IMG/VR virus record: IMGVR_UViG_3300038525_000015
Location: 1-64,000 of that record
Origin: a virus
Taxonomy: Duplodnaviria; Caudoviricetes
DNA: 64,000 nt
Reading direction: 5' to 3' (one strand)
Position numbers and translations under genes: made by a program. Below, piece after piece: positions 54,201-61,875 of this stretch. The notes beneath the pieces were generated by a model, which ran no database searches, was not told the origin of the DNA, and worked only from the letters and a program-made list of their open reading frames with translations. Position 1 is the stretch's first letter, and each line of letters starts with the position of its first letter.

Positions 54201-57200
54201 TTCCACCCTGGGTCAGGGTGTCGTCGAGGAGCAGGTACTCAGCGGCGACCACGCCACCATCGAAGGTCGGCTGATTGGCAATGCGCTCCAGAGCATTTGA
54301 CTGGGTCCGACCAACCTTCTGCGCCTGCATCACATTGGTGTCGGTCTCCAAGCCCAGGCGCTGCGCCAGCACCTCGGCAGCCATCAGCGGAATCCGATTG
54401 TCCCCCGCACCCTCGCGCGCCAGCACCGGCACGATGCGCGGCAAGCTGCCCTCCGGAATCAGCGCTCGCACCCGCTCGATGAACTCCGGCGTTACAGCAT
54501 CGCGGGCGACGCGCAGCGCGGCCGCGTCGTCGCCGGCCTTGGCTGCGGCGTAGTCGGGGTGGTTGTTCAGGAAGCTCAGGGGGTGCGCCAGCACCGTATC
54601 GGGGAAATCCGCCGCCCAGCCTCGACGGGAGTAGAGCTGGTCGGAACCAGACAGGTTCGCGCGCTGCGCACGCAGCCAGTCCCGCGACTGCTCGATCAGG
54701 GCCAGCACGTCGGTGTAGGTCCAGTTCACCTGGGGGAACAGCTTGCGCAGCAACTCGCGGATCTTCGACGCCACACGCTGAAGCACGGTCGGTCGGTCGC
54801 CCGACTCGGCCAAGTGGGCAATGATCTCCTCGGCAATCAGCAGGCGCTGCTCCGCTGCGCTCTTGCCTTGGAGCACGGCGGCGTAGTGCTCGCGGATCTG
54901 CGCCACCCGCTGCCGGCCGGTGGTGCGGGCCATCTCGCTGGAATAGATGCGTTCCAGCGTGCCGTCGAGCTGATCACCCAGCAGGCCGCGAATGCCCTGG
55001 TGGCCAACCATCTCGTGCACCGCGGTGCGGATGGCTTCTTCCAGATCCTGCTGGTTGTCGGCGACCAGGTACTGCGCATCCGGCCGAAACACACCGCGGA
55101 CATCATGGGACCGCACACCATCACGCTCAGCGCGGATTCGCACCGACAGAGGCAAGTCGCCAAAGGCCTGCACCACTTGGATGCTTGCTAGCTCAGGATG
55201 CTTATCGATCTCCGTTTGGATTTCCACCGCCGACACCTGGCCACGGCCGTCTAGGCGGTACATTTGGACGCCACTATCCGTCTCGCGCGTTTCGATGATG
55301 CCGAAGAGCTCATCAAACGCAGCACGCACTGAAGGGAGCTCTGCAGCTGTTAGGTAGGGGTAACGATCCGGGTCGCTGTATGCCGTCTCCGATACGATAT
55401 TCGCCAGGTAATCGCTGCTAATACCAGCGTCCTGCAGCTTGGCTATGACATGGCTTTCGAAGGCGCGAGCCGACATTTCCAGCGCCGTTGACCAGTAATC
55501 CTTGCTGCGTGTTGCGTCTAATTGCTCGGAACGCTTCTGCAAGTCTGTCGCCCTGAGCGCACTCATCAGACGACTGAAGGCTTCGATGAGCTCGGGGCGT
55601 ACACCCTCACCGCGCTTGTAAGGCCGCTCAGTGAGATAAGCATCCGGCTGACTTCTGGCCCGACTGAGGTAGTTGTCGAAGGCATGCCACCACTCATGCG
55701 CCAGCGAGCCAGCACCGTTCCCCTTGGTCAGGTTAATGACAGTCTCGCCCGACTCGTAATGCGCTTTTGCCGGGTCAGGCCCACCTCTACCACGCGCACC
55801 GAACGCTAAAGCGAGCTCTCCATTGAGCGACAGAGCCTTGGCCGGGATGTTCAAGATGCCGGCCAAATCACTCAGCGCGTCGAATGCTTCGTTGAGCTCT
55901 TGCTGCCGACGGTTGTTTTCAACGTAGTTGCCAAACTGCACACCACGAAAACCGAAGGTCTCGCTGAACAGCTCGGGGGTAACATCCTGGCCATTCCGGT
56001 AGTCGACCCCAACCCGAGGCGCGTTGCCTTCACCTCGGTGCGCGGGCACCTCTTTTAGCGCGTCGTACTGCCTTTCTAGCGAACTCTGATTTTCGCCCAG
56101 ATACTTGCGTGCCTCTGCCAAGCTGTCGAACGATCGAAGCCGCGCAACGCGCTTGCCATTTTTTTTCCCAATGAAATAGCCGCGCTCGCCACGCTGAGAG
56201 AACACATCGAAGCGGATGGCGTTGTCGGCTTTTTTCTTCACAGACTCGAGCTTGGCATGTACCTCCGCAAAGGCGTCCAAGGCTTCCTGCTTGGTGTTAC
56301 CGGAGGCCAATTCTTGCGGCCAATTACTCAGCGCCGTAGCTTTTGCATCCTTGCTGGCAATCCATTTATTGACGTTTTTCTCGCCTCGATACATCGAGAA
56401 ATAGCGCTCGGCGAACGTAATGCCCTTGAGCGAATGCGCATGTCCAAAGCGCTGATACAACTCCACCCGGCCAGCCAGACCGCGCAACGCGGGGTGGTCG
56501 TCGTAGAGGCTTGAGCGAACCTCTTCGGTGAGTTCGCCGTGATCCAAAATCCGGCGCGTCGCATTGCGCAAAAGATCAACCTGGTCAGCCCACCGACTCA
56601 GCTTGTATGGATTGCTGGGTTTGGTGGGCACCTCATCTCGGGCAGCATGTGCAAAAGCAACCGCCCAACGGTCACCACCCTGATCCAGAAGTGCCTGATA
56701 GTCCGGTTCAGGCCAAGACTTAGACAGCGGTACCGCTTTCACGTCCGCTTGCATCGCCACGTCGAGCTGCTGCGTATAGGACGAAAACTTGCGCGCGCCC
56801 TCGATTCGCTCTCCGAAGTCGTCGATCTTCTTTGTTGGCTTGGGTGTAGCGGCTGGTTTTTCGGCGACTACCTGCTTGGCCGGCAGAGTGTGTTCCACTT
56901 GGTCGCGCTTGGCGGGAGCGTTGCGCTCCGCGCCCGATGCCAGTTTTTGCTCAGCTGAAGAGCCGGAGGAGGTGTCGCTTACGCGGTCGGTTGCTGCAGG
57001 GCCTGCTTCGCTTGCCGACGAGCCAGGCGCTCCTGCGTCGCTTGCTCGATGCGCGCCTGCAGCTCGTTCTGGCGCCTTTCCAGCTCCACTGGATCGCTGG
57101 TCCCGAAGTGCTCGATCGCTCGTTGGAGCCTGGCTTCCGCTGACATGCTGGGTACCTTTTTTGCTCTGATCCATCGCCCTATCGGCGGCGTTCATGACAT

Positions 57201-60200
57201 CCGCAGAAGTGAGGCCTGCTTCGATCGGGGAAACCCCCAGATGCAGCCCCACGCCACGTTTGGACTCGTCGTCAGGATGCTTCGGGTGGACGATCTTGTC
57301 CAGCCCTTCCCGGCGCGTGTAGGCCTTGGCGGCCGCCTGGCCACGCTCCAGGGCCGCCTCGACTGCCGCTCGCTCGCCGCCAATCACCAGCACGCCGAAC
57401 TCGTCGCCGCCGGTGCGGAAGCCTTCGACATGGCCGACCGCGCCCAGCTCCTTGCGCACGATGTCCGCCAGCGCCCGGTAGTGCTTGTTGGCGTCCCGAG
57501 CCACGTTGTTGAAATGCGCGTTCAGTCCACCCAGGTTAGCGATGTCGGCGCTCACCCAGTACGCCTCGCCGTCGGTGGCGGCCACGTACTCGATGGCTCG
57601 GCCAATGGCGCGCTCAGTGTCAGTGCTGCCGTCTTCCGCTTCGCGCCGGCCCTCGAACAGTCCGGTGGTGGCATCGATGGGTGCGGAGAAGCGCGACTTG
57701 CTGGCCAGGCGCTCGGCCACGTCCGGGGCCACGCCGTCGGCGATGTACTCGTCGATAACGGCCTGGCGGTAGGAGTCCGCATAGGGCGTATAGCCAGCAG
57801 CCGGCCCCTGCTCGGCGCGCCCTGCCTGGGCGAGATCCTGGGCCGGCTTGGTCAGGTCTCCCTTGAGCCAGCGCTTGAACTGCTCGACCGGCATGGCCGT
57901 GACCTCGCCCACCTTCCAGTCCGGATCGAAGTTGGAACGGTAGGCCTCCACCGCCGCGGCCTGGTCGGGATAGCCCAGCATCACCTTGTGCTCATCGAAG
58001 CTGCCATCCTGCTGGTGGAGCTGGTCAACGATGAACACCTGGTCGCTGTCTTCCTGCGGCCCTAGGTACACGTCGACCTGCTCTTGGTCGGCGCCAACGG
58101 TGCGCTTGATGTAGCCGTAGTGATCGCTCATGGTGTGACGCCACTCGGTACCATCCGGGCGCTTGCCGCTGCGCTCGGAGCCGCGCGGATTCTCAACAGC
58201 GATATCCAGGCCGGCGACGCGCACATGCCCCTTGCGGTAGTTGCCGGTCTCAATCTGCGCCGGCGTGGGCGCCGGCAGGTCGTTGTTCGGGGAGGTGGCC
58301 GCCTGATCTGCCTGTTGGTCGATCGGACGTGCCGGACGCAACGGCTGCGGTTCCTGCTGCTTGGGCACTGCAACGGCCCAGCCATCACCGTGGCGCACGA
58401 TCTGCGGCTGCTCGCCAGCCTTCGCCGCCTCGCGATACAGGAGGCTCGCGCGCGCATCGCCGCGCCCCTGGAACGGCTTGCCGTTCTTGCGCAGCCGAAT
58501 TTCCAGATCCGGCGCGCCGCTGGCGTCAGCAGTTGGAGCGTGCTGGTCCATCCCGCGCCCGCCCGGCAGCGGCCGTTCGGGATTCGGAGCCACGAACGGC
58601 CCGGTCGGCCCCCGCTGAGCATTGCCCTGGCTATCCACCACGATGCTATCCGGGGCGGGCAGTGCCTGGCGCTCCGGTGCGGCGTCGACCGTGGCAGGCT
58701 CCGCGGCTGCGCGCCCAGGTGCCGCCGGCCGACTGCCATACTGGAACTCGCCAGCCAACGGCGCCGGTTCGCCTCGCGGGGTCGGCTGATCCATACCCGG
58801 CCCACCGGGCATGCGCTCCGGATCGTTCTGCGGATTGACCCACTGGCGTGCCTGCAGATCCGGCCGCTGCTCGCCGTCCACGTTGCGCACCGGCCCGGTG
58901 TCTTGCACGTTGCCTTGGCTGTCGGCATAGAAGACCTTCTCGGGCGCCGGCAGTGCCTGGTGCTCAGGTGCCGGCAAAGCGCCGGGCTCGGGGGTGTTCT
59001 CGAAGGTGGCTTCGGGGGTCGCGAGATCCTGGGCTGCAGCGCTAGCAGGCCTGACGCGCGGCGTGGCCACCGCACCCAGCCCCCCACCCATAACAGCGCC
59101 AGTGGCGAGGCCGCCAAGCCCTGCGTTCAGCACGCCAGCGCCAAGCTTTCGATTCGGGTCGGCGTCCTGCATGGCGTAGTTCTCTGCCACCTGCTGCCCA
59201 ATCGACTGCGGCAGCTCTTCCAGCAGGCCTTCGCCAACCGCGCCCTTGGCGATACGCCCGCCGATACCCGCTGTCACCCTGCCAGTCAGCAGGTTGGCCA
59301 GCGCACGGTCGCCCATGCCGCCGAAAACACCCGTGGCCGCGCCAGCTATGAGCAGGCCTTGGGTGGCAGAGTCCTCAGCCAGTTGCGCCCGCGCTTCCTC
59401 CGGCTTAAGCCCCTCTTCCAGCAGCGTCTGAAACGCCTCGGACTGCTGCAGTTGCTCCAGCGGCATGGCGGCGATCTGGTCGCGCACCTGGCGCGCCGTG
59501 TCCGCTCCGCCCAGCAAGCCCTCGGAAACGCCGCCGGCCACGGTCGCCATGCGTGCGGCGGCCTTCGCCGCCACTGCTTTATCCCCCGTCTTGGCCAGCG
59601 CGCGAGCATAGGCGCCCTTGGCCAGCCGGCCCGCCGCGCCCATGGTGATGGCCATCTCCGGCAGCGACTGGATGATGCCGCTGGCGTAGGCGCGCGGATC
59701 AGTCCAGGCCGAGCCGAGCGAACCGGTTTCCTCATCCCACCACAACTTCTGCTGCGCGCCACGCATCTCGGGGGTCAGGTTCTGCTGGTACTTCTGCTCG
59801 TTTTCCCGCAGCAGCGTTTCGGAGTCCTTGCCCGACAGGAAGCGGTCGGCGGCATCACCCGCCGCCAGCAACCCTTCGCCCACCACCGGGATGCGCCCCA
59901 CCAGCTCGCGCACGTTCTGCGCCGCGCGGTTGACGCCTGCTGCCAGGAGGTTGCCTGTGTCGGTGAGCAGATTGCCGCTTTCCGGGGATTCCGCATCAGC
60001 CCCAAGGGTCGACCGACCAAGCGTGCTCTGCGTGTCCTGGTCGAACAGCTCGCGGGCACGCGGCTCCATGCCTGCTGGAACCCGAGGCATAACCACTTCT
60101 TGGAAGTAGAGTTCGCGAGCACGCTCTTGGCGTTCGGGCGCCAGCGCGCGGAATTGCTCGCTGGCAGCCACCTCCGCCCAGCGGCGGGGTTGGCGGGTTT

Positions 60201-60210
60201 CGTTCTGCAT
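51208..60210 (-). CDS. 3000-aa large polyvalent virion (ejection-type) protein
   Basis: Domains N to C: Gly-rich hydrophobic region; ALPAP repeats; pyrophosphatase-like (about 58275-57865); GGDEF (about 57690-57150); LPD5-like; LPD1-like with HEWWH; second zincin HEMVGH; PRTase (LLDDTLTQGGT); LPD38-like C-terminus. Confidence 0.88.
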   Translation of the reverse strand: MQNETRQPRRWAEVAASEQFRALAPERQERARELYFQEVVMPRVPAGMEPRARELFDQDTQSTLGRSTLGADAESPESGNLLTDTGNLLAAGVNRAAQNVRELVGRIPVVGEGLLAAGDAADRFLSGKDSETLLRENEQKYQQNLTPEMRGAQQKLWWDEETGSLGSAWTDPRAYASGIIQSLPEMAITMGAAGRLAKGAYARALAKTGDKAVAAKAAARMATVAGGVSEGLLGGADTARQVRDQIAAMPLEQLQQSEAFQTLLEEGLKPEEARAQLAEDSATQGLLIAGAATGVFGGMGDRALANLLTGRVTAGIGGRIAKGAVGEGLLEELPQSIGQQVAENYAMQDADPNRKLGAGVLNAGLGGLATGAVMGGGLGAVATPRVRPASAAAQDLATPEATFENTPEPGALPAPEHQALPAPEKVFYADSQGNVQDTGPVRNVDGEQRPDLQARQWVNPQNDPERMPGGPGMDQPTPRGEPAPLAGEFQYGSRPAAPGRAAAEPATVDAAPERQALPAPDSIVVDSQGNAQRGPTGPFVAPNPERPLPGGRGMDQHAPTADASGAPDLEIRLRKNGKPFQGRGDARASLLYREAAKAGEQPQIVRHGDGWAVAVPKQQEPQPLRPARPIDQQADQAATSPNNDLPAPTPAQIETGNYRKGHVRVAGLDIAVENPRGSERSGKRPDGTEWRHTMSDHYGYIKRTVGADQEQVDVYLGPQEDSDQVFIVDQLHQQDGSFDEHKVMLGYPDQAAAVEAYRSNFDPDWKVGEVTAMPVEQFKRWLKGDLTKPAQDLAQAGRAEQGPAAGYTPYADSYRQAVIDEYIADGVAPDVAERLASKSRFSAPIDATTGLFEGRREAEDGSTDTERAIGRAIEYVAATDGEAYWVSADIANLGGLNAHFNNVARDANKHYRALADIVRKELGAVGHVEGFRTGGDEFGVLVIGGERAAVEAALERGQAAAKAYTRREGLDKIVHPKHPDDESKRGVGLHLGVSPIEAGLTSADVMNAADRAMDQSKKGTQHVSGSQAPTSDRALRDQRSSGAGKAPERAAGAHRASDAGAPGSSASEAGPAATDRVSDTSSGSSAEQKLASGAERNAPAKRDQVEHTLPAKQVVAEKPAATPKPTKKIDDFGERIEGARKFSSYTQQLDVAMQADVKAVPLSKSWPEPDYQALLDQGGDRWAVAFAHAARDEVPTKPSNPYKLSRWADQVDLLRNATRRILDHGELTEEVRSSLYDDHPALRGLAGRVELYQRFGHAHSLKGITFAERYFSMYRGEKNVNKWIASKDAKATALSNWPQELASGNTKQEALDAFAEVHAKLESVKKKADNAIRFDVFSQRGERGYFIGKKNGKRVARLRSFDSLAEARKYLGENQSSLERQYDALKEVPAHRGEGNAPRVGVDYRNGQDVTPELFSETFGFRGVQFGNYVENNRRQQELNEAFDALSDLAGILNIPAKALSLNGELALAFGARGRGGPDPAKAHYESGETVINLTKGNGAGSLAHEWWHAFDNYLSRARSQPDAYLTERPYKRGEGVRPELIEAFSRLMSALRATDLQKRSEQLDATRSKDYWSTALEMSARAFESHVIAKLQDAGISSDYLANIVSETAYSDPDRYPYLTAAELPSVRAAFDELFGIIETRETDSGVQMYRLDGRGQVSAVEIQTEIDKHPELASIQVVQAFGDLPLSVRIRAERDGVRSHDVRGVFRPDAQYLVADNQQDLEEAIRTAVHEMVGHQGIRGLLGDQLDGTLERIYSSEMARTTGRQRVAQIREHYAAVLQGKSAAEQRLLIAEEIIAHLAESGDRPTVLQRVASKIRELLRKLFPQVNWTYTDVLALIEQSRDWLRAQRANLSGSDQLYSRRGWAADFPDTVLAHPLSFLNNHPDYAAAKAGDDAAALRVARDAVTPEFIERVRALIPEGSLPRIVPVLAREGAGDNRIPLMAAEVLAQRLGLETDTNVMQAQKVGRTQSNALERIANQPTFDGGVVAAEYLLLDDTLTQGGTLAQLKTHIEDNGGQVLAALALTGKNYSRKLAIDPDTLAQVRGKYSDIEPWWRETFGYGFEGLTQSEARTLLTFDKGQLSPDEIRDRISAARDEGLFRVGQAATGDRSGTEAPVDPSEDTRYSLRSTRPHVSEAFADLSQAERDALGKIAPPTARQRATLWFRERADRAMTKIRQGLVDRYAALKELDEKAHGLDFLDTSITSSAWVLARMAPAAAGALNAMMHNGRIVLDPQQKVIGMREDGSMGLGEVLGRLGDAKEIERFFGWVAGNRAAKLAAEGRENLFTAQDIEALKGINRGVTEDGRTRASLYDEVFKEFQQYRDDVLAIAEQTGIISSENRAMWRDEFYVPFYRVMDEEAKAKGPVSSKGLSRQEAYKKLKGGKQNLNDLLENTLMNFHHLLTASLKNQAAAQTIANAERLQIARKVPEAARDPKTSTFVLEKGDKVWYEVDDALVFEALSSLADPGLNNFAVRTMAKFKRVFTNMTTITPQFIIANFLRDSMQAAATTPVSKNVPANMFQGLKSFRDQKTRAQMLASGGAFSFGHIYGADPEEVKAGLKRSLRGAKLLDAPALVPKLLVAGWDAYNEAANTAENANRAAAFLQNKDKGALRAAYEARDLMDFSQEGAWPAVRFLIRVVPFLNARLQGLDKLYRSGFKPAVKVAFGKGTNSDKVAAARFAAVTGALALASLALFLANHDDEEYRKLEDWQKDSFWFFRVGDNAFFLPKPFEVGAISTLVERLAEQAVDDKASGKLFRERLWAMLTQTFSFSPVPQMFQPALDVYSNRDAFTGRPIESAGMEKVSPTLRDRASSTAPAKAISSATAVLGEEFALSSLQADHLIRGYLGQVGAWGAGITDTVWRAAGGESEPAKHWHEYQPIRRFYRDLGAPAPYDRYSTLFYEGLKESGRVYADAKRLQELGRKDEARELVQEKRQVLAMRKPLAEVQKQLSGINARMDMVRRSDWDGERKRRELDRLQAIKSRLTERAGKRIEEARARE
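53859..54029 (-). CDS. Nested +1-frame ORF over the end of the PRTase domain (56 aa)
   Basis: MASKG...NYRLTKSEIESLRREMKASSEWAKQQLAIDPELKHL; host-like codons in the +1 frame; start and RBS uncertain. Confidence 0.5.
   Translation of the reverse strand: MASKGSPSPKLEPSSRSTKGNYRLTKSEIESLRREMKASSEWAKQQLAIDPELKHL
56979..57146 (-). CDS. Nested +1-frame ORF directly after the GGDEF domain (55 aa, not in the ORF track)
   Basis: AAAGGT SD 7 nt before ATG; MSAEARLQRAIEHFGTSDPVELERRQNELQARIEQATQERLARRQAKQALQQPTA. Confidence 0.6.
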   Translation of the reverse strand: MSAEARLQRAIEHFGTSDPVELERRQNELQARIEQATQERLARRQAKQALQQPTA

Positions 60211-60248
60211 CGATGCCTCCCGGCAGTGATGATGTGTGGTGCTGAGGC

Positions 60249-61463
60249 TTACCAGAGTCCCCGCAACTGCTGATCGTCATCAGCCTGAGCCGGCGCCTGG
60301 CCGCTCTGTTGTGCCTGCTGTAGCCAAGGGGCACCCAGTTGCTGCAAAAGCGCACCGGGCTTTCCGTTCGGTGAGGCCTGTTGGCGGCCGGTACCGGTGG
60401 CGGGCCGGCGCTGACCTTCAGCGTTCAACCGATCATACAGCTGCAAGCCTGCCTGGAATGCTTGGTCGGCCGACAGCTGCGTATCACCCAGCGGGTCCTG
60501 ATTGCCCATGGTCATCTTCGCGTAATCCATCGCGAAGTCCTGGCGCGACTTGCCCTTGGCGGAGCGCACCATATTCCAGGCATCCTCCTCGCTGGAGGCC
60601 ACCCCATTGGCTAGCAGCCAGCTCGCGGTCTGGACTTCTGCCGGCGCGGAACGCCCGTTAACACCACCCGGCTCGCGTACCACCGCTTCCTTGCCGTCCT
60701 TGGTGTTGCGCTGCATACGCGTGCCGTCCGACAGCTCGAAGGTCTCCCACCGCCCCTCTTCCTTGGGTAGGTAACCGGCCCCGCGTAGGTACCCCAGCAT
60801 CTTGTCCCGGTTGGTGCCCAGCGCCTGGTATAGCTGCTTGGCACCCATCACCGGACTGATCGCCTGCTCGATGTCGTACTGAGCGACCTCGTCGTCTTCG
60901 TCGGCGGTGCCGCGATTTACCGTCATCGGCGCGTTGTACTTGAAGCCCTTGTCGTCTTCGACCTCCAGGTCGAACACCAGGGTGCCTTCACGCTGCCCTG
61001 GATAGATGCCGGCCAGGCGCTTCTTGCCGCCCTTACCCCGGCCAACCCGGGGTGCATAGAAGTCGTTCATGGCTGTGACCGTCTCCTGGCTGAAAAGGCG
61101 GCCTTCCCCACCAGCCAGACGCTCCGCATACGATACGGCCGCTTCGGTTTTCGGGTTGAGCAGGTGTACCGGGTCTGCCATTGGATTGCGCTTGAAAACC
61201 GCTTCCAGCTCTGGAGTGATCGGCACTTCGATTTCGTTAGCCCAGCCTTGGTAGAACTGACTGATCTGCTGCTGATCCTGCTGCCGCTGCCGATCCTCCT
61301 GCTGCGCCGCGAACTCCTGTTCACGCATCTCCTGGTTGCGCATCTGCAGTCCCATCTGCTGATCGGCGCGCTCGTTCTGCTTCTGCTGCTGCAGGAAGCC
61401 ATTCATCATCCCGAAGCCCTGAACGAAGCCATCGTAGGCTCCGCGCGTATCCAGTCCCGCCAT
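60249..61463 (-). CDS. DNA ejection / internal virion protein
   Basis: MAGLDTRGAYDGFVQGF, Q-rich coiled coil; upstream of the giant gene. Confidence 0.65.
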   Translation of the reverse strand: MAGLDTRGAYDGFVQGFGMMNGFLQQQKQNERADQQMGLQMRNQEMREQEFAAQQEDRQRQQDQQQISQFYQGWANEIEVPITPELEAVFKRNPMADPVHLLNPKTEAAVSYAERLAGGEGRLFSQETVTAMNDFYAPRVGRGKGGKKRLAGIYPGQREGTLVFDLEVEDDKGFKYNAPMTVNRGTADEDDEVAQYDIEQAISPVMGAKQLYQALGTNRDKMLGYLRGAGYLPKEEGRWETFELSDGTRMQRNTKDGKEAVVREPGGVNGRSAPAEVQTASWLLANGVASSEEDAWNMVRSAKGKSRQDFAMDYAKMTMGNQDPLGDTQLSADQAFQAGLQLYDRLNAEGQRRPATGTGRQQASPNGKPGALLQQLGAPWLQQAQQSGQAPAQADDDQQLRGLW

Positions 61464-61620
61464 CGTGTTGTCTCCCGACAGTACGAAATTTGATTCACCC
61501 AGCCGGGCATTTTCCCGGACTTCCCAACCCTGGCCAGGTAACGTCTTCGTGTTCCGCCCTGCCCCCGCAAGGCGCGGAACCGGAGCCCCCGAGGGCCTTC
61601 CCAACCCCTCGGGGGCTCCA

Positions 61621-61872
61621 CTACATGAACGAGCCGATCAGCAAGCCAACGCCAGCACCCACAGCGGCGCCACCCGGACCGCCCACGCTCATGCCCAGCA
61701 TTGCCCCCGAGGTGGCCATGCCGACCTGGGACTGCTTCCGCTGGGCCTTCTGCTGCTGCTCCATCTGGTCGTTCAGCGCCTTGTTCTGCTGCTGTTGCTG
61801 GCTGTACTGCTGCAGCCCTTGCAGCGCTTCGCCCTCCATGCGGCTCTTGAGGCCAAGAAGTCCGTAGCTCAT
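61621..61872 (-). CDS. Small ejection protein with Gly-rich hydrophobic C-terminus
   Basis: GAMLGMSVGGPGGAAVGAGVGLLIG. Confidence 0.65.
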   Translation of the reverse strand: MSYGLLGLKSRMEGEALQGLQQYSQQQQQNKALNDQMEQQQKAQRKQSQVGMATSGAMLGMSVGGPGGAAVGAGVGLLIGSFM

Positions 61873-61875
61873 GAA

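Noticed and set aside
56328-56579. Other alternative-frame ORFs inside the giant gene (for example 56328-56579, 54837-55163)
   Set aside because: They overlap conserved domain cores, lack an SD and have R/S/P-rich off-frame composition, unlike the two nested ORFs reported.
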